A stretch of 64,000 nucleotides of DNA from a virus: the IMG/VR virus record IMGVR_UViG_3300045988_163643, positions 1 to 64,000 of that record; one strand, written 5' to 3'. Positions within the stretch are counted from its first letter, which is position 1. Every line of letters begins with the position of its first letter. Both the position numbers and the translations under genes were made by a program. The notes under the pieces are model-generated. The model ran no database searches. It was given only the letters and a program-made list of their open reading frames with translations, and had not been told where the DNA came from. Positions 8,347 through 17,452 of this stretch are shown here, piece by piece.

Positions 8347-11300
8347 TTAACTACATTTACTATATCCACAATTTAAACATGAATCACACCCATTAGTTTT
8401 TATTAATGATGGTTCTCCACATTCAGGACACACATTGCCTTTAAAATCTTCTTTTTTATCATTATTTTTATTTGGTTTTTCAACAATTTTTTCTATAACT
8501 TTTTCTTCTTTTCCTATCTCTTTTAAAAATGCTTTCATTTCTTTTAATATAGCCATACCACAATAACTACCATCTGATAAATGATTTCCTTTTCCTCTTT
8601 CTCTAGTAAAACTTGGACAAGCTGACACTCCTGCGAAGCTTTTCTCAATCATAGATAAGTCTCCACCGATTCTAAGTATAGATGACATTAATATGGCTAT
8701 ACATTGTAAGTTCTTTTCACATCCACCACTACCACTCTTAGTTATATAAACATCTTGTATAGTATTTTCACTAGGAGACCATCCTATGAATAGTTTAAGT
8801 TTTCCACAACCAATTATCAAATTACGTTTTACATAATAAGTATCTTCTGCTAAAGATTTCCATTGACCACGTTTTAATAATTCTTTTTCTTCATCTTCTT
8901 TTTCATCTGTAGTTGTAAGAATACCTTGTCTAGCACATCCATCACGATATATTGTTAATCCTTTTAATCCTTCTTTCCATGCTTCCATATACAATTCTTC
9001 AACTTCTTCTATTGTTGCTTCATTCGGTAAATTTATAGTTGAACTAATTGAAGCATCTATATGTTTTTGCCATACTCCTTGCATCTTAACTCTCATATGA
9101 GGATTTAAAGTTTGAGCAGTTACAAAGAAGTTAGGCAATTCTTCTTCTTCATTTAAACCATGAAGTTCCATATATTCTTTTGCTATTGGAGTGTATACTT
9201 TATAATAAACATCTCCCTCTTTATGAAGTGATTCAGTTTTTCTAGTATATGATAAGTTAAATATAGGTTCTATACCTCCACTTACTCCTATCATTGTAGA
9301 TATTGAACCTGTTGGTGCTATTGTCAATAACTGAGAATTTCTAAGTCCATATTTTTTTACTAATTCATAAGTTTCTACACTTGTATTATTTCTTAAAAAT
9401 TCAGAATCTAATATAGAAGTTTTATATTTAGGATAACAACCTTCTTCCTTAGAAAGTAATGCACTAACTTTTATTGATTCATTTGCTAACACCTTACCTA
9501 TAGTATCACATATTTCTATCGCTTCATCTGTGTCGTATTTTAATTCAAGTTTAATTAACATATCAGCTATACCCATAACGCCAATCCCTATTTGTCTATA
9601 ATCTCTTACAGTATCTCTTTGTATTTGTAATGGATGCAATGGTAAACCTTGGTCTAATACATCATTCATTGCTTTTACTATTGTATGAATGTCTTTTTTA
9701 AATGTACATATATCGAAAGTTTTATCGTTAACATAAGCTGATAAATTTACACTTCCCAATAAACAACTTCCACCATTTGGAAGAGGTTCTTCAGCGCCTC
9801 ACACTGTACGTTTCAACTATTTTTCGTACTGTGCGCTGGACTATCGCATGTGGTATCCTCCTTTATACCACCCCTCTCGCTTAGTCTCTCACGGTCAAGT
9901 TAACAACTCGTTCCGCCCTGTCACCATATAGTTAGGTTTCCAAGTCAATCAGAGAGGGTTTTAAATCCGCACATTATTTATTGGCTAACGGATTTACACC
10001 TGCATATTCAAATTCATCATCTTCACTTAATAAATTATAATCTTCTATTTTTGACCAATACAACACCCCTGGTTCCGCAAAGTCCCAGTTGTTTTTACAT
10101 AATAATTTAAATACTTCTTTAGCTTTAACAACTTTTTCCATTTTATCATTTTCTACTTCAAAATACAATGTCCAATCTTCATCATTTTCTACAGCTTTCA
10201 TAAAGTCATCGTTAACCCTTACTGATATATTTGCTTTAGTAACTTTATTTAAATCTGTTTTAATATTTATAAAATCTATAAGTTCAGGATGTGTACAATC
10301 TAATGATAACATTAATGCACCCAACATTTTTACTGTTGTTGGACTATATCTTACCTAATTATTTCATTAGGCTTGGATTCTATTGGGGTTATTAAGAAGA
10401 TATGTCTATCTTCTCCCCTAGTCTCTACACCTTCCTACCCAGTAGGCTCGGCTCGGTATTACACTACTCTTTAGTGCTTCCACCGATTTCTTCCAATTCA
10501 AGACGCAGTACATTTGCTTTTAAATACTTTCTTTGGAGTATGATAAAATCATCATTTTTTGGATATATATAATTTATAAATTTTAATACATCTTCTTTAT
10601 TTGAAAACTCTATTATATAACAATCTTCGTTAGATTTAGGTCTTATAGTTGATGATATTCCTATATTATTATATAACATTTTTTGAACACCTTCTAATAA
10701 GTGTAATTGTGATGTGAAAGATACTTTTTGCCATATTTTATTTCTATCTTTTCTTTTACCCCATGTTATGCAACCATCTGCATCAAAGAAACCTAATAAT
10801 AAGTATCTTTCTAAATCCTTTCTAACTCTAGGATAGTGTCTTTCTTTTTTTAATCGACCACTTGTAAATTTAAGTATATCATTTACTTTTCTTGAAGTTC
10901 TTGCTCTTGGAAATCTTCTTTTTTCTTTATTAAAAGTATTGTCTATACTTACATCAGATTCTATTATATTTGATATAAAGTCGATTATTTCTTTATCATT
11001 TTTTTCTACACTTATTTCTACTATATTTTTAGGTGTTATATTACTATCAGCCAATATAAAACCCAAAGCATATGCTTTTTCTTTTGTGTCTATTTTATTA
11101 AAATTATAATTACTTTTATGTTTTTTATATTTAGTATATTCATTTAAATTATATTTGTTTATCCAATAACCAACAGTACTTTTACCTATTCCTAATTCTT
11201 TAGCTATTGTTCTTGTTGATTTACCTTCTAATAATAATTTCAATAATTCATCTCTACTCATATTATCATACTCCTTATTTTTATTTTATATTTTATCTAC

Positions 11301-11786
11301 TCTATATATTTTCGATAAACAAAGCATTTAAAATTGTTAACGTCTTCCATTCTGCCCGATTGTAGACGTAACTTGAGAGAAGGTATCCATAAAACTACAA
11401 GCACCAGTAGTTTCTTTAGAAGCATTGTTTACTTTCATACCTTTAGCTCTTAATTTAGATATATCGACACCGCATCCACCACCGTAAGAAAATGTCCTAG
11501 CCAAATCACTACAAGTTTTATATATCGCTTCTATACTATCATCTGTTTCAAGTACATAACAGTTTGAATATGTTACTTTTTTACCATGTTTTTCTAATCC
11601 TCTATTGCTTAAAATTCTCCCACCAAACAAAAATTTCTTATCTCTAATTAATTGTTTAAGTTCTTCATCTTTATTTGATATTCTATCTAACCAATCTTCA
11701 AAACTTTCACCCTCAAATTGATATTTATTATGCCATATATCAATTCCTAACTGATTATCTTCTCCTAGCCATTCTTTTATATCCAT
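8347..11786 (-). CDS. nrdJ: class II (adenosylcobalamin-dependent) ribonucleotide reductase. Three exons: 11786-11340, 10321-9988, 9797-8347
   Basis: Exon ends join to ...TIGQNGRR|GALMLSL... and ...YAGVNP|C|AEEPLPNGGSCLLGSVNL...; C-terminal CPECG...CDSCLNCG Zn finger; joined length 743 aa. Confidence 0.85.
9798..9987 (-). ncRNA. ORF-less group I intron 2 of nrdJ (about 190 nt)
   Basis: Splits the Cys codon of NPCAEEPL (U|GC). The intron ends in G. Markedly GC-richer than its surroundings and has no ORF. Confidence 0.65.
10322..11339 (-). mobile_element. group I intron 1 of nrdJ carrying a LAGLIDADG homing endonuclease
   Basis: Interrupts GRR|GALM. The 5' exon ends in U and the intron ends in G. 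GC-richer non-coding core at 10322-10463. Confidence 0.7.
10464..11261 (-). CDS. LAGLIDADG homing endonuclease (double motif) with N-terminal HTH
   Basis: YALGFILADSNI and LLLGFFDADGCI motifs; N-terminal STRTIAKELGIGKSTVGYW. Confidence 0.85.
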   Translation of the reverse strand: MSRDELLKLLLEGKSTRTIAKELGIGKSTVGYWINKYNLNEYTKYKKHKSNYNFNKIDTKEKAYALGFILADSNITPKNIVEISVEKNDKEIIDFISNIIESDVSIDNTFNKEKRRFPRARTSRKVNDILKFTSGRLKKERHYPRVRKDLERYLLLGFFDADGCITWGKRKDRNKIWQKVSFTSQLHLLEGVQKMLYNNIGISSTIRPKSNEDCYIIEFSNKEDVLKFINYIYPKNDDFIILQRKYLKANVLRLELEEIGGSTKE

Positions 11787-11814
11787 ATTATCTCTCCTTT
11801 TAAGTTTAATATAA

Positions 11815-11830
11815 CCACTATATATTGTAG
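11815..11830. promoter_or_regulatory. NrdR-box-like site 1
   Basis: CCACTATATATTGTAG against the recalled consensus acaCwAtATaTwGtgt. Confidence 0.55.
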
Positions 11831-11845
11831 CATATAAAAAATAAG

Positions 11846-11861
11846 ACACTATATATTGTAT
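11846..11861. promoter_or_regulatory. NrdR-box-like site 2
   Basis: ACACTATATATTGTAT, 31 bp from site 1 (start to start). Confidence 0.55.
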
Positions 11862-11896
11862 TTTTAACCCCTAACCTAATAAAAAAAATAAATTAA

Positions 11897-11974
11897 TTAA
11901 TATTTATAAAACTTCATGAATTGATATAATGTTAAAGTTTGTTGTTTTTCTAATGAAGCTAATATATTATTCAT
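11897..11974 (-). CDS. possible 25-aa leader peptide upstream of nrdJ
   Basis: AAAGGAGAG RBS + ATG directly after a promoter cassette; MNNILASLEKQQTLTLYQFMKFYKY. Confidence 0.3.
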   Translation of the reverse strand: MNNILASLEKQQTLTLYQFMKFYKY

Positions 11975-12010
11975 AATTCATCTCTCCTTTATTAAGATTA
12001 TTTTAATTAT

Positions 12011-12039
12011 ATTATACTAATATTATCCATAAAAATCAA
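12011..12039 (-). promoter_or_regulatory. promoter cassette (-35 TTGATT)
   Basis: 17-nt spacer, -10 TATAAT; precedes the leader ORF and nrdJ. Confidence 0.55.
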
Positions 12040-12083
12040 TAAAACAAATGTATATTTTTAAAATCTTTTGATAATAATATTAG

Positions 12084-12169
12084 TATCAAAGAGTTGTCAA
12101 CGTGCTTTCATGATAAACCTATCGCCTTTTTACCAACTGACTAATTGTAAATTTGACAACTCTTTGATA
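12084..12169. repeat. perfect 17-bp inverted repeat (TATCAAAGAGTTGTCAA) enclosing a 52-nt GC-richer loop
   Basis: Arms at 12084-12100 and 12153-12169; begins a few nt after the kinase-HD stop codon. Confidence 0.8.
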
Positions 12170-12172
12170 AAA

Positions 12173-13174
12173 TTATTTTGCTGAATTATCTGCATTATCT
12201 AAAGTCAATAATCTAATGTAATTTAAATATCCAATTTTTTTCACTAATTTTTCAGATGAACATTCTCTTTTTAACATCATATGATTATTTATTAACCAAG
12301 CTATATCCATAATATCTTTATCACAAAGTTTAGTATATTTTATTAATACATCTATAACATCATAAGCTGACATATTTTCATGATTATAATAATGACAATG
12401 TCTACCTTCTTCATCTTCTGTTTTTGCTATTGGTTTACTTATGTCATGCAACATAGAGGCTATTAATAAATTTTCATCAAGTTTACTAACTTCTTTAATT
12501 TTCTTATAACAAAAATACATATGTTTACTTAAAGATAAATTGTGCCATTTACTATCTTGTGGCATTTCTATGCAATTACTTAAGCCTAACTCAATCAATA
12601 AATTAATGTATTCTTTATAATCATCGCATTCAATAAATCTCTCTTTATCCATACCTAAGCCAAATTTTCTTCTATTGTCAATATATAATTTCATTCTATC
12701 ATCGTAATCTATAATAACTTCATCGAACCCTTCACATTTATGTGGTATTTCTATATTTTTATACATTCTTTCTACAACTTCATTAGGAACTTCTCTGTCT
12801 CTTGCTTCATTATCTATAATACAATTTGTTAAATTCTTATATTTAAATAAACAAATTGCTTTAGAATAATATTTTTTCATTTCTTTTAATAAGGCTCTTC
12901 TACGTTTGCTAGATATATTTGTAGCTTCATATATAGTCACATAACCATTAGATAAACTTTCTTTCGTTCTTTTCCTCATTATTTCAAATACTTCTTTATT
13001 TTTGCTTTGGTCTTCTATGTCATTTAATAATTCTTTTCTAATTTCATCTGATGATATAACTTCTATGTTTTTATTTTTATTTTCTTCTATATAATTTTTA
13101 ACCCAAGATGTTTTTCCACTTCCAGGTATACCAACTGTAATAATTAAGATTCCTTGCAATTTTTTTCCACCCAC
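12173..13174 (-). CDS. P-loop polynucleotide-kinase-like domain fused to an HD phosphohydrolase domain (RNA end-healing candidate)
   Basis: GIPGSGKTS Walker A at the N-terminus; C-terminal H...MLHDISKP...NH HD pattern; overlaps the RNA ligase gene. Confidence 0.7.
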   Translation of the reverse strand: MGGKKLQGILIITVGIPGSGKTSWVKNYIEENKNKNIEVISSDEIRKELLNDIEDQSKNKEVFEIMRKRTKESLSNGYVTIYEATNISSKRRRALLKEMKKYYSKAICLFKYKNLTNCIIDNEARDREVPNEVVERMYKNIEIPHKCEGFDEVIIDYDDRMKLYIDNRRKFGLGMDKERFIECDDYKEYINLLIELGLSNCIEMPQDSKWHNLSLSKHMYFCYKKIKEVSKLDENLLIASMLHDISKPIAKTEDEEGRHCHYYNHENMSAYDVIDVLIKYTKLCDKDIMDIAWLINNHMMLKRECSSEKLVKKIGYLNYIRLLTLDNADNSAK

Positions 13175-14379
13175 TTTCTTATTTCATTATATTTTTTATA
13201 CGCACCACTATGAGATTTAAGTATATTATATTTTCTTCCTAAATATTTCATTCTAACAAATTCTCTAATGTCACTATCTAAACAATTAATATATTTATGT
13301 AATTCTTTATCTGTTTGAAGATTACCTTTATTTCTTAATAATTCTATATTTATTCTATTTTTTGTTATTTTCTTATTCATTCCAACTATAAATTTTTCTA
13401 TGGTATCTATTGTGTTTTTATTTGTTTCTTTTAGTGAGGACGACATATTAGCATATAAATCATCTATTGTACCATCTGCATATGCTTTTATTATTGTGTT
13501 AGCAGAACTTAATTTATCATTTAGTCTATGTAATTGTAGATAGTCTTCACATTTAAGTTTTATTTTATGACCGTCTATATTTAATACAAACCCTTCTCCA
13601 TCGTTTATTGTCATTTTATTTAAACGTTCTAAAACTTCTTCTAAGGTATCACATTGATAAATCTTACAACAAGGAACATTAAATTTTATTGATGTTTTTT
13701 TAATGTATTTATAATCATATTCTTTACCATCTAAAACGCTTCTCATACCTATAAGATATAGACCCTTTTCTTTGGAATAGTCATAAGGAATAACATGCTT
13801 ATCTTTTTCTGATATATATTCAAATATAAATGTTATCATTGGACAACTTTTTATCATCTGTTTATGATTATCTGTTAACATTTCAAATCCTTCTTTTAAT
13901 CTAAATGAATTATTTATATCTAAAGATATACTTCCACTACCAACTATTTTTCCGTTATAATACCTATATGATTGCATACTACCATCTAATTTTTCAGATA
14001 CTTCAAACATATCGCAGTTGTTTATTTCTTCTTCTATAATATCTTTCATATTTTCTTTTACTTCATTCATATTAAAAAATTTTCTAAATGGTGTTAATAC
14101 CATTTCTTCATTTTTTATATCAAAAACTAAACTTCTTGCTTCTCTCAGTGGAGAGTTTTCATCTTCCCACATATTTCTTCCCATTTCATGTAATTTATAT
14201 CTAATTAATACTAAGTCATCTTTTTGATTAATTTGTACTTCATCAAATATTTCATTATATGGAATTCCTTCTTCTTTCATTGTATTAATCATGCCATTGA
14301 AATTTACATAATCTCCAAAATACTTAATATAATCATGTTTTAACTTAATACATTCATCAAACATTTTATTCCAACTCAT
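13144..14379 (-). CDS. ATP-dependent RNA ligase (Rnl1-like nucleotidyltransferase)
   Basis: Motif I SEKLDGSM (KxDG), EGFVL (motif IV), KIKLK (motif V). Confidence 0.75.
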   Translation of the reverse strand: MSWNKMFDECIKLKHDYIKYFGDYVNFNGMINTMKEEGIPYNEIFDEVQINQKDDLVLIRYKLHEMGRNMWEDENSPLREARSLVFDIKNEEMVLTPFRKFFNMNEVKENMKDIIEEEINNCDMFEVSEKLDGSMQSYRYYNGKIVGSGSISLDINNSFRLKEGFEMLTDNHKQMIKSCPMITFIFEYISEKDKHVIPYDYSKEKGLYLIGMRSVLDGKEYDYKYIKKTSIKFNVPCCKIYQCDTLEEVLERLNKMTINDGEGFVLNIDGHKIKLKCEDYLQLHRLNDKLSSANTIIKAYADGTIDDLYANMSSSLKETNKNTIDTIEKFIVGMNKKITKNRINIELLRNKGNLQTDKELHKYINCLDSDIREFVRMKYLGRKYNILKSHSGAYKKYNEIRKWVEKNCKES

Positions 14380-14423
14380 ATCATCATCTCCTTAAAAATA
14401 ATAGCTTGTGTATCTTTAATTAT

Positions 14424-14452
14424 ATTATACACAAACTATTATTGAAAGTCAA
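14424..14452 (-). promoter_or_regulatory. consensus promoter cassette
   Basis: -35 TTGACT, 17 nt, -10 TATAAT. Confidence 0.65.
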
Positions 14453-14468
14453 TTATTTTTTATTATTT

Positions 14469-15443
14469 TTATTCAGTATCTTCATCATATTTACTTAATA
14501 CTTCACCTAATGTTTTAGATAATTCATCTTTATCTACTTCTTCATCTACTTTATTTTCTTCTTCATCCTCAGTATCTTCTTCATCTTCTTTGTGGCAATC
14601 ACAATTTCCGTCACATTCACAGTTTCCACCACATTTGCATTCTTTTTTATCTTCCATTTCCTCATCTCCTTCATAATTTTCTTCAACTTCATCGTCAACT
14701 TCTTCTTCATCATCGTTTAATCCTAAAATTTCAGATAAACCTGTATGTAATAAAGTTATCGCTAATTCTCCTTCTTCCATATCCATTAATTGAGCAAAGG
14801 TTTGAACTGCTAAAGCAGTTGCTTGGTTAAATCTTTCATCTAATTCGTCCCAATCAGGTTCACAACCTTCATATCCATAATTTATTATTCCTAACTCTAT
14901 TGCTTCCTCATAATCTATCCAATCATAACATAATCTTGCTTTTTCAACTCTTTCTTTAGTCATATTGGTATTATCGTAAATTATTTGTTCAAATTGTTCA
15001 TCGGTTTTTGCAGAAAATTCTACTGTTCTTCTTTGTTCTTCTATGTATCCCATATTATATGAACTACCACCATGATTCATAAATCTAGCTAATTTACCAG
15101 CAGTTCTCTTCATTCCATTAACATATATTATAAACGCCATTGAATATGCAAAATTACATCGAGTATTAACTTGTATTCCCATTTCCTTCATTTCATCCAT
15201 TCTATGGATTATAGCAGTACCTGAACTAGTGCAACCACCATAACTACTTATTTCTATTGTTATAGGAGGAAAAGGTTGTAAAAATATAGGGTTGATTAAA
15301 GAAGATTCAGTTTTATATTGTTCATATGCTTCTATTATTTTATCAGTTTCTTCATAAAAATATTTAAGTGTTTCTACATTTATTTCGCCAACTATTCTTA
15401 CAGTAGTATTCATTTCTTTTTCATTTTTATTTTCCATATTCAC
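14469..15443 (-). CDS. ClpP/S14-family serine protease-like protein with acidic, Cys-rich C-terminal tail
   Basis: ISSYGGCTSSGTAI, catalytic-Ser context FAYSMAF, His context FMNHGG; tail KECKCGGNCECDGNCDCH. Confidence 0.65.
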   Translation of the reverse strand: MNMENKNEKEMNTTVRIVGEINVETLKYFYEETDKIIEAYEQYKTESSLINPIFLQPFPPITIEISSYGGCTSSGTAIIHRMDEMKEMGIQVNTRCNFAYSMAFIIYVNGMKRTAGKLARFMNHGGSSYNMGYIEEQRRTVEFSAKTDEQFEQIIYDNTNMTKERVEKARLCYDWIDYEEAIELGIINYGYEGCEPDWDELDERFNQATALAVQTFAQLMDMEEGELAITLLHTGLSEILGLNDDEEEVDDEVEENYEGDEEMEDKKECKCGGNCECDGNCDCHKEDEEDTEDEEENKVDEEVDKDELSKTLGEVLSKYDEDTE

Positions 15444-15490
15444 TAGTCTTCCCTCTTATGAGGTACTTCCTTTCTTATTATTTTAATTAT

Positions 15491-15519
15491 ATTATACTAA
15501 AAAATTTATTAAAAGTAAA
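15491..15519 (-). promoter_or_regulatory. consensus promoter cassette
   Basis: -35 TTTACT, 17 nt, -10 TATAAT. Confidence 0.6.
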
Positions 15520-15522
15520 TAG

Positions 15523-16086
15523 TTATTTCAAAATTTCTATTTCTAAAGTTATAGGATTAATGTTTATAATTTCTACAATGTTTTCTTGTTGTAAAGCATA
15601 TCTAATAGTATACCATGTCCCACCATGTTTTTCATGATTCCAACATGAAATAAGAACATTAGAATTATCTATCATTAATTCATTTCTTTTTATTAATTTT
15701 GCAATATGATATTCTCCTTCTATTGTATCTTTAACTTTATATTGTTCTACAGTGTCAACATAAATAACCTCATCACATTTTGATTTCATGATATTATAAA
15801 CTTCAATATCATTTTTTCTCCATTTTTTATATTGTTTTTCAAAAGGTATGCAACCTATTATATTGGTTTTTTGTCTACTAAACCATAATTCCTCAAAGGC
15901 TATTGTATCAAATCCTAATGCTAAACCATTATAAGCATTAATTATTTCACCATATTTATTTTCAACATAAGAAAAAACTTCTTGTAATTTATCTCTCAAT
16001 GGGTCGTATTTTTTACTGTAAATATTATCACCATATAACCCTTTTGGTCTATGACCAGTGAAAGATATATTAACCATATATTTCAC
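15523..16086 (-). CDS. SLOG-fold protein of the YpsA/DUF1273 family
   Basis: N-terminal ISFTGHRPKGL signature and GLALGFD block. Confidence 0.65.
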   Translation of the reverse strand: MKYMVNISFTGHRPKGLYGDNIYSKKYDPLRDKLQEVFSYVENKYGEIINAYNGLALGFDTIAFEELWFSRQKTNIIGCIPFEKQYKKWRKNDIEVYNIMKSKCDEVIYVDTVEQYKVKDTIEGEYHIAKLIKRNELMIDNSNVLISCWNHEKHGGTWYTIRYALQQENIVEIININPITLEIEILK

Positions 16087-16732
16087 CTACTTTTATTCTT
16101 TTTTTATTATCTAAAATTAAACATCCTTTATCTGTTATTGCATAATTTAAAGTTTGCTTAAAAGAGCAATCTAAAAATCTATTAAATTCTCTAAATAATT
16201 CTTCATGATTTTCTTTATCATAATGGACAAATAAGTTAACTATATCTATTAACCCTATTCCTTCATATTTCATTGGTATTGCATTTGTCATTACTACATA
16301 ATATTCTAATAAACACAATGAACCAGCTGACTCCCCTATTAAAATTTTATTATCCAATTGTTTTATTGTATCTAATAATTTATATTTCTTTAACATCATC
16401 ATTAGCATATCCATAGAACCACCAGTAAAATATATTATATCTGACGTATTTATTAGCCATTTAATAAGGTTTAAATTGTCCAAAGGAGTAATTACATTAA
16501 AATCTTTAATCCCATACTCTCTGAAGTGTTTATTATGTTTATTATAAAATTTACCATTATATTGTAAATCAGTTTGATTTTTAAATAAATATTCTAAGTC
16601 ACAAGCAAATGGAATACATGCTACTCTTGAATTAGGTTTTATATATTCTTTAACTTTATTATAACATTGTTTATCTTCTAAGTAATCAGCATTAGATAAC
16701 AATATGTATTTATTCATATTAACCACCACCAC
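16070..16732 (-). CDS. peptidase S51 (dipeptidase E)-like protein
   Basis: IYFTGGSMDML...ILIGESAGSL nucleophile-elbow pattern. Confidence 0.6.
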   Translation of the reverse strand: MVVVNMNKYILLSNADYLEDKQCYNKVKEYIKPNSRVACIPFACDLEYLFKNQTDLQYNGKFYNKHNKHFREYGIKDFNVITPLDNLNLIKWLINTSDIIYFTGGSMDMLMMMLKKYKLLDTIKQLDNKILIGESAGSLCLLEYYVVMTNAIPMKYEGIGLIDIVNLFVHYDKENHEELFREFNRFLDCSFKQTLNYAITDKGCLILDNKKRIKVGEIYG

Positions 16733-16736
16733 CCTT

Positions 16737-16961
16737 TTAATATATTTGTCTGAAGAATTGCACCGTACTTGAGCAACGTGTATTATAAGTTATTATTATC
16801 TCTATTCCTCTATAAAAAGTTCCAGTTTTTATACGATATCCAGTTTCTTTAGATAATTCATTAGCAAAACATTGTTGCATGATACAACTATTTGGAGAGA
16901 TACCCGTTTCCTCATAGTAGTCTTTCCTTTTTTCTATAAAAAATTTTTCATATATATCCAT
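16737..16961 (-). CDS. hypothetical protein
   Basis: 74-aa ORF tightly packed in the operon. Confidence 0.5.
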   Translation of the reverse strand: MDIYEKFFIEKRKDYYEETGISPNSCIMQQCFANELSKETGYRIKTGTFYRGIEIIITYNTRCSSTVQFFRQIY

Positions 16962-16972
16962 ATTACCAACTC

Positions 16973-17353
16973 CTATTCTTTAGCATAACCCATTACATCA
17001 CTACTAGTATTAAGTAAAATAACAGTTACGTTCGTATCGTAACCATAATCTTCATAATGATTTTTAATTGTTTCAGCTAAATCATCTAACTCATATCTAT
17101 CCTCTCCAATATTGTCATCACAATCAGCCACTGTTACTATTATGTTATCTCCATTATTTATTACTTTGGCATTATAAAAATTATCACATAAAATTTCTTC
17201 TATTTCAGAATTTATCTGTTTCTTTGTAACAAATAAATTATTTGTTTCACTCAGTCCACTATCACCTGCACCTAACACAATAATTCCTGCTAACGTTGTG
17301 AATCCTAAAGTTAATCCTATACCTAGTCCTAAAATTTTATTATTTACTTTCAT
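16973..17353 (-). CDS. membrane-anchored or secreted small protein
   Basis: N-terminal hydrophobic helix ILGLGIGLTLGFTTLAGIIVLGAG. Confidence 0.6.
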   Translation of the reverse strand: MKVNNKILGLGIGLTLGFTTLAGIIVLGAGDSGLSETNNLFVTKKQINSEIEEILCDNFYNAKVINNGDNIIVTVADCDDNIGEDRYELDDLAETIKNHYEDYGYDTNVTVILLNTSSDVMGYAKE

Positions 17354-17383
17354 ATCATCAACTCCTTTATCTTATTTACTTAT

Positions 17384-17412
17384 ATTATACTATTACTCTT
17401 ATTAAAAGTCAA
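17384..17412 (-). promoter_or_regulatory. consensus promoter cassette
   Basis: -35 TTGACT, 17 nt, -10 TATAAT. Confidence 0.65.
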
Positions 17413-17420
17413 TATAAATA

Positions 17421-17452
17421 AAAAAAGAGTAGAGAAAAATCTCTACTCTTTA
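17421..17452 (-). terminator. intrinsic terminator hairpin
   Basis: AGAGTAGAG/CTCTACTCT stem. Confidence 0.65.

Noticed and set aside
12101-12152. tRNA-like AGTCAGTTGGTA segment inside the 17-bp inverted-repeat element
   Set aside because: No T arm or anticodon arm could be formed, and the 17-bp terminal stem is incompatible with a tRNA acceptor stem.
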